A DNA stretch of 63,000 nt, the filler included. It is 3 parts of 3 records of this genome, joined end to end, with 100 filler letters (N's around TTAATTAATTAA, not from the genome) between each part and the next. Parts side by side here need not be neighbours in the genome. Positions count along the whole stretch, not along the records: positions 19,348 to 48,090 come from SRR20825019_1521; positions 48,191 to 63,000 come from SRR20825019_1527; 1 more part is not named here. One strand, given 5' to 3'. The position numbers and the translations under genes were made by a program. Of the stretch, positions 40,796 to 51,600 are shown piece after piece (position 1 is the first letter of the stretch; every line of letters begins with the position of its first letter). A model generated the notes under the pieces. That model did not search any database. It was not told the origin of the DNA and saw only the letters and a list, made by a program, of their open reading frames with translations.

Positions 40796-43700
40796 TTAAT
40801 TCTCAGATTTTTGTGAGTTATTGACAACTTTCCTCAGGGCCTTTTCAAGTTGTCCGATCTCATCAACCAGGGACTTTTGAGAAACTTCAGTCAAGTCCAC
40901 GTGTCCTGCTTTCTCCTTCGCTGCACTTGGGCTTCCAAAGAGCTTCTGGGTCTCATGGTGAGATAATGTTTCAACCGCCTTATCCTCCAGATGGGCAGCG
41001 TCACCGCTGGCAACTTCAGCGTCGCCATCTGACAAGGGCAAATCCTCAACGGCACGGTTTGTTGTTTCCGTGGATTGATCATCATCAAGTGGACTGGCAT
41101 GAGTACCATCATCACGTTCAGTCACACCATCTCCGTGGATGAGACCTCCGGATTTCGGCTCTTCCGAGCCATCTTTAGCTCTCTTGCTCCCATCGTCACG
41201 ATGCGACTCTCCATCTTCCTTCAAGCCATTACCGTCCCGCTTATGTCCGTGGTCGACTTCGTTTCCACCATCATGTATGGCTGTGTGATCCTTGGATTTG
41301 TCATCCTCTTCGTCGTTAGCGCCCGCTGTGCCCTCCCCCTTCGAGGCCGCAAGCTTTTCTCGGGCCTCCTGGTGTTGAATATGTTGATGCCACTCATCAT
41401 GGGCCGCCATTGTAGGGAAGACCAATACAGAAATTGTATCCGTTATCTCCTTGCCAAGCCGCTTACAGCTGCAAGTAATGTCAAACACCACCTCTGTAGG
41501 CTTGAACCATTCCTTTTCGTTCGTGGTCATGTCAGCCTTCGCCGGCGCATAGTAGAACTCGCCATTCGTTGATATTCCATACCGCTTTTCCTCCACGGTG
41601 GAATCAGCACTTCTTTGTGATGCCTCGCACACAACTGGGTACATGTCCTTCTCCTTGATTGTGGTATCAAGTTCAGATCTGACTCCCAGCATCTTATCAT
41701 GCAGAATGTCATCCACTCCGGTGCCATCCCCGCTAAGCTTCTTCGCTGTTTCAAGCGCTTCAGCGGATTCTTGAGCAATGGTCCAGTCAGATGAGCGCTC
41801 CGATGGAGGATGAATGAAATCCAATTCTCTCGACGGGTCGTACATTGGACGTGACATCACGACATTGATGGTGGCCTTGGCCATCTCAACCAACTCAACC
41901 TTCGGCAACTTCTTCTCGTCCGTATCTTTCTCAACAACTACCTCTTGCAATCCGCTCAGTTGATGCTGCATCGCCAGAAGCTTCTCCTCGTCACCATCCG
42001 GGACTTCATATATCGTAACCTCCTTGTCAACAATAATACAAGGATACTTGCCCTTATTTTCGCACTTGGTGTGATCGTCAGTCCACCTCACATGCTGTCG
42101 TCCAAACCCAACCACGTCTCCATCGCTCATCACCATTAGGTCCACCAATCCACGAGTCGCCGGGGGTGTGATTACTACTGTCCGGCGGCCAGTAATTTTT
42201 CCGTCCCCTGGCTTGTGGTGCACCGCCTCCGAAGGAGATATTGTTGTCTTATGAGACTTCTCCTTCTTTGGAGTATCATCTGAATCATCCTTGCTGTCAC
42301 TCTTGTCTTTCTTATCTGACTTGCTACTGCTACCAAACCAACCGCCCGATTCCTCGAGGCTTCTCAAATTTGCTGATTCCTCAGTTTGCAGGAACCCAAA
42401 CATTCCCTTTAGCCTAGATCCCAGAGACTTGGAAACTTCGATTGGACCATTCACTCCATCACTGATATATGCCGTGATGGGGGAACGATTCCTCAGTCCC
42501 GGGGTAACCAGACCCTTCACGTATGATCCTTCGGGAGGGTCCTTGGCCCAGTTGATTCCATTTACGTGCAACTGCGTGTTGGTGTACATGTCATTTGCAG
42601 ATACATCAAAGTCCCCATTGCCCTTTGGCGGCGCCTCATCGGCAGGGGTGCGGGTGATTAAATCGATATCACACCGCAAATTAGTGTAGAAAAGTTTCAA
42701 GAACCATTTGAGCCTGCCGGCCGAAGCGGCTTCCTCCAAGCCTCCGATGTACTTCACAATCTCGTCTCCACCAGTGCAGTCCATGCTGTCCCTCACCTTG
42801 GATGTTGCAATTCCTACAAACTCGGGCTTCCTGTCCGAAATACACAAGTTTGGATCCGCATTACAGTGAATCTTGGCGATTGCCTGGCAGTCCTTGTTAT
42901 TGCAACCGCACTCACCATCCACACAGTATTGAGGGCGACACTCCACGATGGCACTTGTACTGAGTTTAACAGTGACCTCGTTGTTGTTGAAATCTACACA
43001 GTTCCTCGCGGTAAATTTGCCCACTTTCTGCTTGCACATGTACTCGCACTGTAAGTTTGCATGGTCATCCTCTAAGGATTTCTTAGTCCCTCCTGTCGCA
43101 GCCGCTTCTTTCTTCTCCTTCATCTTTTTTCGTCGCTTCTTCTCCGTGTGAAGAATTGCGCTGTCGGTGTTATGTATGAAGGAGATACACGCCTCGGCCA
43201 ATGGAACGATTCTCTTTCGGAACACCTGACTGCCAGGGTTGACATCGTTGCCCCTATTTAGATGGTACAAAAACGCTGTCATCATATATCCCTTGTTCAA
43301 TTCATCCAAGAATGACCGGTTAGCCTTAATGTATGCAGTATCATCATCCTTTCCACGCGCCGGCATACGAGACATGGGGTCATCGATATCAACTCCCCGC
43401 AAAAGATCTTCCTCGTTTGCACTTTTGAGCTCCAACCCCATCTTTTTGTCACCCTTGAATCTACGCCTAAGAAGAGCCATCTCAACCACTCTAAAGTGTG
43501 CCTTCATCTGTTCAGAAATCTTTGCGGCAATCCCCGAGCTAGCACCGTTGCCCTCCGCCATAGCTTGCTCCATAATCCCTTTGGAACTCTTACGCATTTC
43601 ATCCTCAAAACCAGCAGCAACAACATCACCAGGAGTTGCATCCGCGGGAAGTTTCATGATTGCCGACTTTGGAAGGTTCCCGGTAATCATATTCGAAAAC

Positions 43701-46685
43701 TTCATCTTCATACCGTGCGCTTCTGGGGCGAATTGGGTACCCTTGTCGCAGAACCAGCTCTGAACTGCAGCAACACAGGTGAGTACATCGTTTAGCCGGC
43801 ATTTCGGTGGTGCGGCCTCGCGTTCTCGGTAAACCCGCGCTTCGAACGACAGGTTGCCGCATCCCTTCTTTCTCTTGCACGGAAGCGGATCCTTCCAATT
43901 GTACTTCTTGTCTCCGGGCCAGGTACCCAGCGGAAGATCAAACACCTTCTTGTTGATAAGACTAGGCAGCTTCCTTGCGCGGTATCCAAACCATGCATCT
44001 TGGCTCTTGAGACCTGAAAGTTCTTCAAATGTCATTGTTTGACACCCTATTTCGTCATCACCCCCGGTCATCATAGCCATATCGCGGTCATAAATACACA
44101 ACTTGACCATAGAGCGCATAGGATCGAAGTCATTCACCGATATCATATCGTTCCATACCGGCTCAAGGTTGCCCTTCATCACCTTGGTCCTCCCTACCAC
44201 AGTCCAGAATGCCTTCTTGTCCTTCCCTCTCACGGTGCCGACAGAAACGACACCGTAAGGATCGGAAAGGCCATTGTTGTCCATAGGACGGATGTTACGA
44301 GCAGACTGAACCTCGATCATAATGTTGTAGTTTGAAGTGAAGTGCAGGTTGTGGGCGTTCATGGATCCTCCTTCCTTGTTCTTTTTCTTCTCCTTCAGCC
44401 TGTCCTCCTCGTCAACCTTCTGCTCTGCCCCATCACTCTTTTCGGCGTTGTCGTCCCTCCCCTTTTCATCCGTTGTCTTTCCGGAGGCCAGGGCCTTTCC
44501 GTCGTCCGTAAGCGCCATCTTCTGCGGAAGGAGGCCGCCGTTCTGAGACTCGACAAAGATTAGCTCCCTTTCAAACCGTGCTTGATCTACATAGAGTACA
44601 GGATCGCATCCGGTCTCAGTCATCATGTTGTCCAAATCCCTCCCATAAGTGACCAGTTTCGTCTTGAGGCTTCTCAACAGTCCCATGAGAGGAACAGTCC
44701 ATGTCTTAGCCTCGAAAGCCAACTGAACATCCAGTGGCTTCATATCTTCTCCCATATACATCTTCGCAAACAAGACTGCCATATTGCACAACGCCTTTTC
44801 AGCGGGGTCAACAACGCCCTGGTTTTCGCAATGAGACAGGTAACCTTTGCTCATGAATACATCATTGCCCAGATACTTGTAATATACAGAGCGGAACGTA
44901 TCGCGGAAGAGGGGAGGCAACAGGATAGACTTGCTCCATTTGGCATGTTGAGATATAGTCAGAAATAATCCTTCGGCTGTGGAGAAAAGAACTTCCTGGT
45001 GGGCCACCTTGGCAGACAATTCCTTCATGTGTGTACACTGCTGGTTAATGGCGGCGTTGTACATATAATCCTTGCGGTTCGTCAGCTCTATTCCATGCAA
45101 GTAGTTGATGATCTCAAGGGCTACACCCACTGCCTGAGCAACAGCTCCTACAACCTACAAATATAGTCAATTCATCTGACAACAGCTTCGTCGAATGTTC
45201 CCACTTACCACTCCCAAATGAATGGTGGGTGAGCCACCCGCCGCCCCGCCACCGGCAGCCGCGCCACCAGCCGCCGTGGCACCAGTCGCCGGAGCGTTGC
45301 TTTGCTGGGTCGCCTTCGGCTTGTACTTTGATGCCGCAGCACCTGCCATGTACTGGCCAGTCGTGTCGCTCCCAATCTTGTGCGATACCTGAACAACAGA
45401 TCCCCGAAGCTGCGTCATGTCAGTCTTCGGCAGATCTTCAAGCTTCCTATCCCCTAGTTTTTCCGCCACCAGAAGAGCTGGCAAGGCAATCCCCATAGCC
45501 TGGCGAGAGTCCTCATTGATATTCTCAATGATACCTTCCTCAATGGAAGTGTCCCAAGTGTGAGAGGTGCCGGCACCATCTTCACCGCTCGTCTTGCCTG
45601 GGTAGAACTCATTCCTGCATAACAGTTAGATCCAGTGCTCGCGTATCCGCATTCCTCTCTTACCTAAACTCGCGCAAATCCTTGCATACGTCCAACGTCT
45701 CGGCCTTGGCATTCTCCATTGTCGCATCGACCATCCCCACCACCTTATCAATCTCCTCGTTCAAGTCGGAGCACTGCTGCTTCAATCCCGCCTCCCACTC
45801 TGCTTTCTCGCCAGCGGCGTACGAACAAGACTCCTTCAGGTTGCCCTCAGTGCCGGGAAGATCGTTCTTTGCCGCATGAGCATTGACCGTGGCCTTCAGC
45901 TTCTCCACCTCCATACGAAGGGAAGCGAGGCTATCATCGGTATTGGTAGACCCTTTCTTGGACTCGGCCGTCTCCTCTTCTTCCGGTATAGCATAACCAT
46001 CTTTGAAACCCCCCTTCAAACAAGATACCTTCATTTGTTCCACACACTTGCCCATTTCATGGAGCTGAAGGTGGTCCCGTGCTTGCAAGATCAGGTTCTT
46101 GTGGACGTGCAGAAAGCTGATGATCTTGTAGTATCCAATATTGGTGTTGCACTTGAGCTCCAAGGACATTTCAAGAAGATCCGCCTCAAGTTGCTGCATT
46201 CCTTCCTCCAGCTTCTGGTACTGCCTCGCAAACTGGGCCACGTTCTTCACTATCATAACAATGGCAAGCACAGTCATAATTCCCCCCACAACAATAATTC
46301 TCGAGTAAGCTCGTTCGTCGATGCTGCTACCAAGCTGCAGCAGCAACTGGTCATGTTCATGATGAGTCAGTTGAGGGTTCCTCTCTTTTAGCTCTCTCCA
46401 ACCATGCAATAAGGACACATGATTAGCTGGAACAGCCTTACTCACTTCCAAATGGCTGATTTTCGACTCCAGCTCTTCCTTCTCTCTTTTGTGCTGCTCT
46501 TCTAGACGGTCCATCCGTGCCATTAACTGAGCCACAACATCCTGGGGTAGTGCCTTGTCTGCAACTTCCAGACTCTGGTTTGCCGCAGTCGAGTACGCAG
46601 CAACACTGATGCTGTAGTGCGACACCACGAGGTATAGGAAGCACAGCGACAAAATGCTTCTGTTCCTCTCCAAAGGCTGCCTCAT
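40796..46685 (-). CDS. ~1930-aa protein: signal/TM, coiled coil, C2 domain, Cys-rich block, acidic tail (3 exons)
   Basis: Introns 45663-45615 and 45208-45155 join three track ORFs in frame. C2 motifs: ARNIRPMDNNGLSDPY, TKVMKGNLEPVWND, IYDRD. Confidence 0.8.
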
Positions 46686-46839
46686 AGTGGCTACCACTGT
46701 GACGACTTCATGCTCTAGAAGTTGGCCTACTCATATACACGCACCAGAACCTCACCGTCCAAGCCCTTCCAACTCCAGCCAGCAGTTAGCCTCCCCCCCC
46801 CCAAAAAAAAAAAGAAAAAGAAGAAAACACTCCCCACGG

Positions 46840-47440
46840 CCCGTTGAACAGTCCGACGCGGGCCGCGGGCGGGGGCCGCCACGAATGGTTGACTCGAGTT
46901 GTGGAGTGACCCGGGGGTCTCCGGCCCGGCGGGCCCTCAGGCGGCCAGGCTGGCCGGGGGGCCGGCGCTCCCGCCGGGCCGGCCCCGGCCCCGGGCCGCG
47001 CCACGCATCAGGCTCGGGGTCGGCCGGCGCACTCACCGGCTGTGACTGCTACGCGAACAGAAATCAGACCAGTGAATCGAGATATATCGTTACAATGAGA
47101 GCGAACAATGCGTAGGGCGGACCGCCCCCGGCCCGCCGGCCTGGCCGGTGACCGGCCCGGCCCCGGGCCCGCCCGGCCGGAGCGCGGCTGCGTGCGATCA
47201 TCCATGCGTGCTGCCGTGCCTAATTTGCGCGTGCCGCCGCGTCCCCGGCCGGGAGGCCCGCGGTTCGGCTGTCTCGCAGTCCGTGGCCCACCTCGCGGTC
47301 GGAGTGTGGTCCGCGCGCCCGCGTCGGTCTCAGTCTGGGCGGGTCGGGTGAGCCCTGGCCCGCGGTCCGCCCCACTGAGTGTGACGGACACCGGCGGCCA
47401 CTCAGACACTGACCGGAACGCACAGCCGGCCGAATGGCAC
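46840..47440. promoter_or_regulatory. GC-rich island / probable bidirectional promoter
   Basis: GGCCGG/CCCGGG-rich DNA with CACTGAGT/CACTCAG motifs, between divergent genes. Confidence 0.55.
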
Positions 47441-47603
47441 CTGCCTAACGGTACACTGGCGCATCATTATTCTTGCCTTCAGTTCTGTAGCAGGCAGGCT
47501 TCGAGTGAGTTTAATAAATACCTTACAGACAGCTCGGGAAGGCGATTCACTTGTATTCGTTTATTGGTGTGGATTGTTATTTTAGGTCGTGCTCTTGCAG
47601 GAC

Positions 47604-48090
47604 ATGAAGATAGCGGGGATCTTTGCTCTCCTCTTATTTTCCTCCTTGGCCGTGCCCTCGTTAACTGAATTGGTTGCTGGGGACTGCACTCCGACGAAAG
47701 TCAGTGGTGATGACGCGAAGAGCATATGCATATGGTTGACTAGGAACGTTTGCAACACTCTCGAGAATCGACATGAGCACGACAAAGAAAAGGGGGGCGG
47801 CTGGTATATTAACGACTTTGAGGAGGTCTCCTTTGCCTCATGTGACAGAGCTGACGGCAAGGTTTCGTTGACCCTCGCTAAACCCCAAGTCACAGACAGA
47901 ATCAATAACGTCGTAGACTTTGATGAACATTTCATCGGTTCAGAAGGACATCCTCCTGATGAAGTCAAAAGTGTCCTTCAAGCGATGGCTTGCCTTGGAC
48001 ATAGTTCTGAAGATGTGTTGAAGGAATTTGGCTGTGATTATTTCATCGGCAACGGCAGTGGCCACGGCGGCAACGGCAGTGGCCACGGCG
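47604..48090 (+). CDS. Secreted Cys-containing protein, truncated in GNGSGHG repeats
   Basis: Signal peptide MKIAGIFALLLFSSLAVPSL; open frame to the contig end. Confidence 0.7.
48048..48089 (+). repeat. 21-nt tandem repeat GGCAACGGCAGTGGCCACGGC x2 at the contig break
   Basis: Two exact copies, followed by N. Confidence 0.85.
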
Positions 48091-48190
48091 NNNNNNNNNN
48101 NNNNNNNNNNNNNNNNNNNNNNNNNNNNNNNNNNTTAATTAATTAANNNNNNNNNNNNNNNNNNNNNNNNNNNNNNNNNNNNNNNNNNNN
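48091..48190. other. Artificial contig spacer
   Basis: N44-TTAATTAATTAA-N44. Confidence 0.97.
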
Positions 48191-48463
48191 TGGGTTGAGG
48201 CTCTCGAAACCCACTAACGATAAATGTAATTCGTGAATTGGCAACCCTAATTGTTCATGTCTCGAACACTTATGACTCCAGACCCATAATACCAAGCAAG
48301 AAGGTGTCGTCATGGAATCTAATTAAAATTTGGATGTTCTATCGTTGAATGGAATTTTGTTGAGTTTTGCCTAAAGGATGATTTTATCCAATGCATTTAA
48401 ACAGACTTTTTTGTCACCTAAACGCTAAATCACGTATTTCTACGTGGTGTAAGTTTATAGGAA

Positions 48464-48594
48464 AGCCATATCATTGTAAAAACATTCAACACTTCACTGA
48501 AAAAACCGAGGAGGGGTGAAATCCCTCTCAGAGTAGTCATTTTGGTTACTACGCTATAAAGGTCGTTGCATTATGCTTCGACCTTTTGCTTTTT
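48464..48594 (+). ncRNA. Candidate small RNA
   Basis: TAAGTTTA -7-like box at 48450, two hairpins, and a terminator AAAGGTCG...CGACCTTT + T-tract; no ATG-started ORF. Confidence 0.4.
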
Positions 48595-48641
48595 ACCCTT
48601 TTTTAAAGCTTAGGAATCTCGGACTTGAATTTCAACGAAAC

Positions 48642-48674
48642 AAAAAAGGCCGTTCTTATCAAAAACGACCTTTT
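48642..48674 (-). terminator. Intrinsic terminator of the SprB-repeat gene
   Basis: On the minus strand, AAAAGGTCGTT...AACGGCCTTTTTT. Confidence 0.75.
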
Positions 48675-48695
48675 CTTCGTTCTTTCGATTTTTTG

Positions 48696-51600
48696 CTAAT
48701 CTCTAATCAACGTCACGTTTCCATGAAGTTCACCCGATTTATTGTAGACATCCACATAAGTGATTTTCCAGAAGTACACCCCTTCGCTAACATCATTTCC
48801 ATTCGGTGTTGTTCCGTCCCACCCTTGTTTGAAGTCGATGGTTTCAAAAACAACATTCCCCCAACGGTTTAGAATAATAAGGTTGTAATCCCGAATACTT
48901 AAAATTTCAATTGGAATAAAGAATTCGTTCGCACCATCGCCATTTGGAGTAAAGACATTTGGCATCGTAATAACCACGCATCCCGCAGCTTCATTCTGTA
49001 TGCTTACATCAACGGAAATACTATTTGTACAACCGTTTGCATCCATCACAACCACACTGTACGTTCCGACAGGTAATCCAGTGATCAGCGTATCAGTTCC
49101 ACCATTATTCCATAAATAAGTATACCCTGGTGTTCCTCCGGTTGCGTTCACCGTCGCAATTCCACTACTATCTCCAAAGCAAATCGGAGAAGAGAAAGCA
49201 GTAAGCGAAATCGGATCAGCAGGTTCATTCACAACTGTTGCTAAAGACGCTGTACATCCGTTTGTGTCTGTAACAACTAACGTATAAATTCCAGCGAATA
49301 AAGTATCAATCGTTAAGACTGTATCTCCAGTATTCCACAAATATGTGTATCCGGGAGTTCCGCCAGTTACGGTTGCGTCTATGCTACCATTGTTCCCGCC
49401 GTTGCAAAGCACAGGCAACATAGAAGTGGTGATGTCAATAGGAGCGAGTGGTTGAGTAATAACCGCAGAGATTGTGTCGGTACAATTATCTGCGTCTGTT
49501 ACAACTAATGCGTAAGTTCCTGCGGTAATATTTACCAAATCTTGATTCGTACTCGAGTTACTCCATAGATAAGAATACGGTTGAACGCCGCCTGTAGCAG
49601 TAACGTCAATTGATCCTGTTGCCGCACCGAAGCACAAAACATCGACGTGAGTCTCAGTAAGAATGATTTCCGTGGGTTGTAAAATAGTATCGGTGTATGT
49701 TAACTCACACAAATTATCATCAGTAACTGTTACGGTATAAATTCCAGGACCCAAATCTTGGAGATCTTGTGTAGTTTCTCCGTTGCTCCATAAATAAGTA
49801 TACGGTCCCGTGCCACCTGTAACAGTAATGTCAAGCGCCCCAATTGTATCTCCGTAACACGTTGGCGTTTTGATGCCTGTTATGGAAATCGGAGCTGCGG
49901 GTTGAGCAATGACTGCGGTTAACGAATCGATACAACCATTCGTATCGGTGACAATCACAGTATATGATCCCGAAAGAAGCGAATCTAAATCTTGTAAAGT
50001 GTCGCCAGTATTCCAACTATATGAATAGCCAGGAGTTCCACCAGTTACAGAAAGGTCGATACTTCCATTGTCTCCTCCGAAACAAAGAACAGCTACCTGA
50101 GTCGAAGACAAGTTCAACGGTGCAGTTGGCTGTGTAATAACGATCGAGATAGTGTCCACACAGTTATTCGTGTCCACGACTGTCAATGAATAGGTTCCCA
50201 ATGGAATTCCTGTTAAATCCTCCGTTACATCTCCAGTATTCCAAAGATATGAGTACGGTTGAACTCCACCAGTAGTCGTTACATCAATAGAGCCAGTTGA
50301 ATCGCCAAAGCACAAAATGTTCACATGTGTTTCGGTGAGAATAAGTTCTGTTGGTTGGAAAATAGTATCCACAAACGAAACTTGACACATATTGTCGTCA
50401 GTAACAACCACCGAATAGATTCCTTCGCCGAGGTTTTGTATGTCCTGTGTAATTTCTCCTCCACTCCATAAGTATGTGTATGGTGCAGTGCCTCCCGCTA
50501 CTTCAATGTCAATTTCACCGATAGAATCGTTGAAACATAAAATATCGACTTTCGAATTGGATGAAATGTATAAAGCGGTATCTGGTTGATCAATAACGAA
50601 GGACATAAATCCGCCACATCCATTTGTATCAACAACATTTACAAAATATGGTCCAGCAGGGATGTTTGTAAGATCCTGCGTTGTTGCACCATTACTCCAA
50701 TCATAAACATAACCGGGCGTTCCGTTAGTTAACGAGATATCAATTGCTCCAGTTGAATCTGAATAACACAATACATCTGTGTGAACATCTGAAATTAAAA
50801 TAGCGTCTGGATCAGTAACTGCAATACTCAAGGTATCAACGCAACCATTCGTGTCAACCACTGTAACAAAGTAAAGTCCAGCGAATAAGTTATTAATGTC
50901 CTGTGTGAATTGCCCATTATTCCAACTATAGGTATATCCTGGAGTTCCACCAGAAACTGTTAAATCGATAGAACCTTGCGTACCGTTCTGACAAACAGGA
51001 TTGATATGCGTTTCAGTTAACAAGAGCGGCGTTGGTTGGTTAATGTCGACCACGAAGCTTTGATTACAGTTGTTTGAATCCGAAACGACTACTGTATACG
51101 ATCCAGCTCCCAATCCAGTTAAATCTTCCGTCGTTTCACCGTTAGACCATAAATAAGTGTAAGGAGCAACTCCTCCAGTTACCGTTAGATCAAGCGTCGC
51201 TGTAGAATCATCAAAACACAATATTTCTGTTGTAACAGCGGTAATTGTCATTGAATCTAAGGGCTGATTAACAACGAATGAAGCAATATTCATACATCCA
51301 TTCACATCTGTAACTGTATCTGTGTATGTTCCTGCCCCAAGATCGATTAAATCTTCCAACGTGATCCCATTCGACCAAGAATAGGTGTAAGGTGCAGTTC
51401 CTCCAGTAATTGTAGCGTCGATAGCTCCTGTTGTGTCAGAATAGCAAAGAATATCCGAAACAACGGCTGTAATTGAAATAGTATCTGGTTGAACTAAGGT
51501 AACACTGTCCATTGCAATACAACCGTTACTATCTGTTACAGTCACCACATGCGTTCCTGCATCTAAGTTGGTAATTGAATCAGTAATTTGTAATCCAGGC

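Noticed and set aside
19248-48190. Large eukaryote-to-bacterium horizontal transfer or genomic island
   Set aside because: Both borders are artificial spacers, and the adjoining genes are cut mid-frame.
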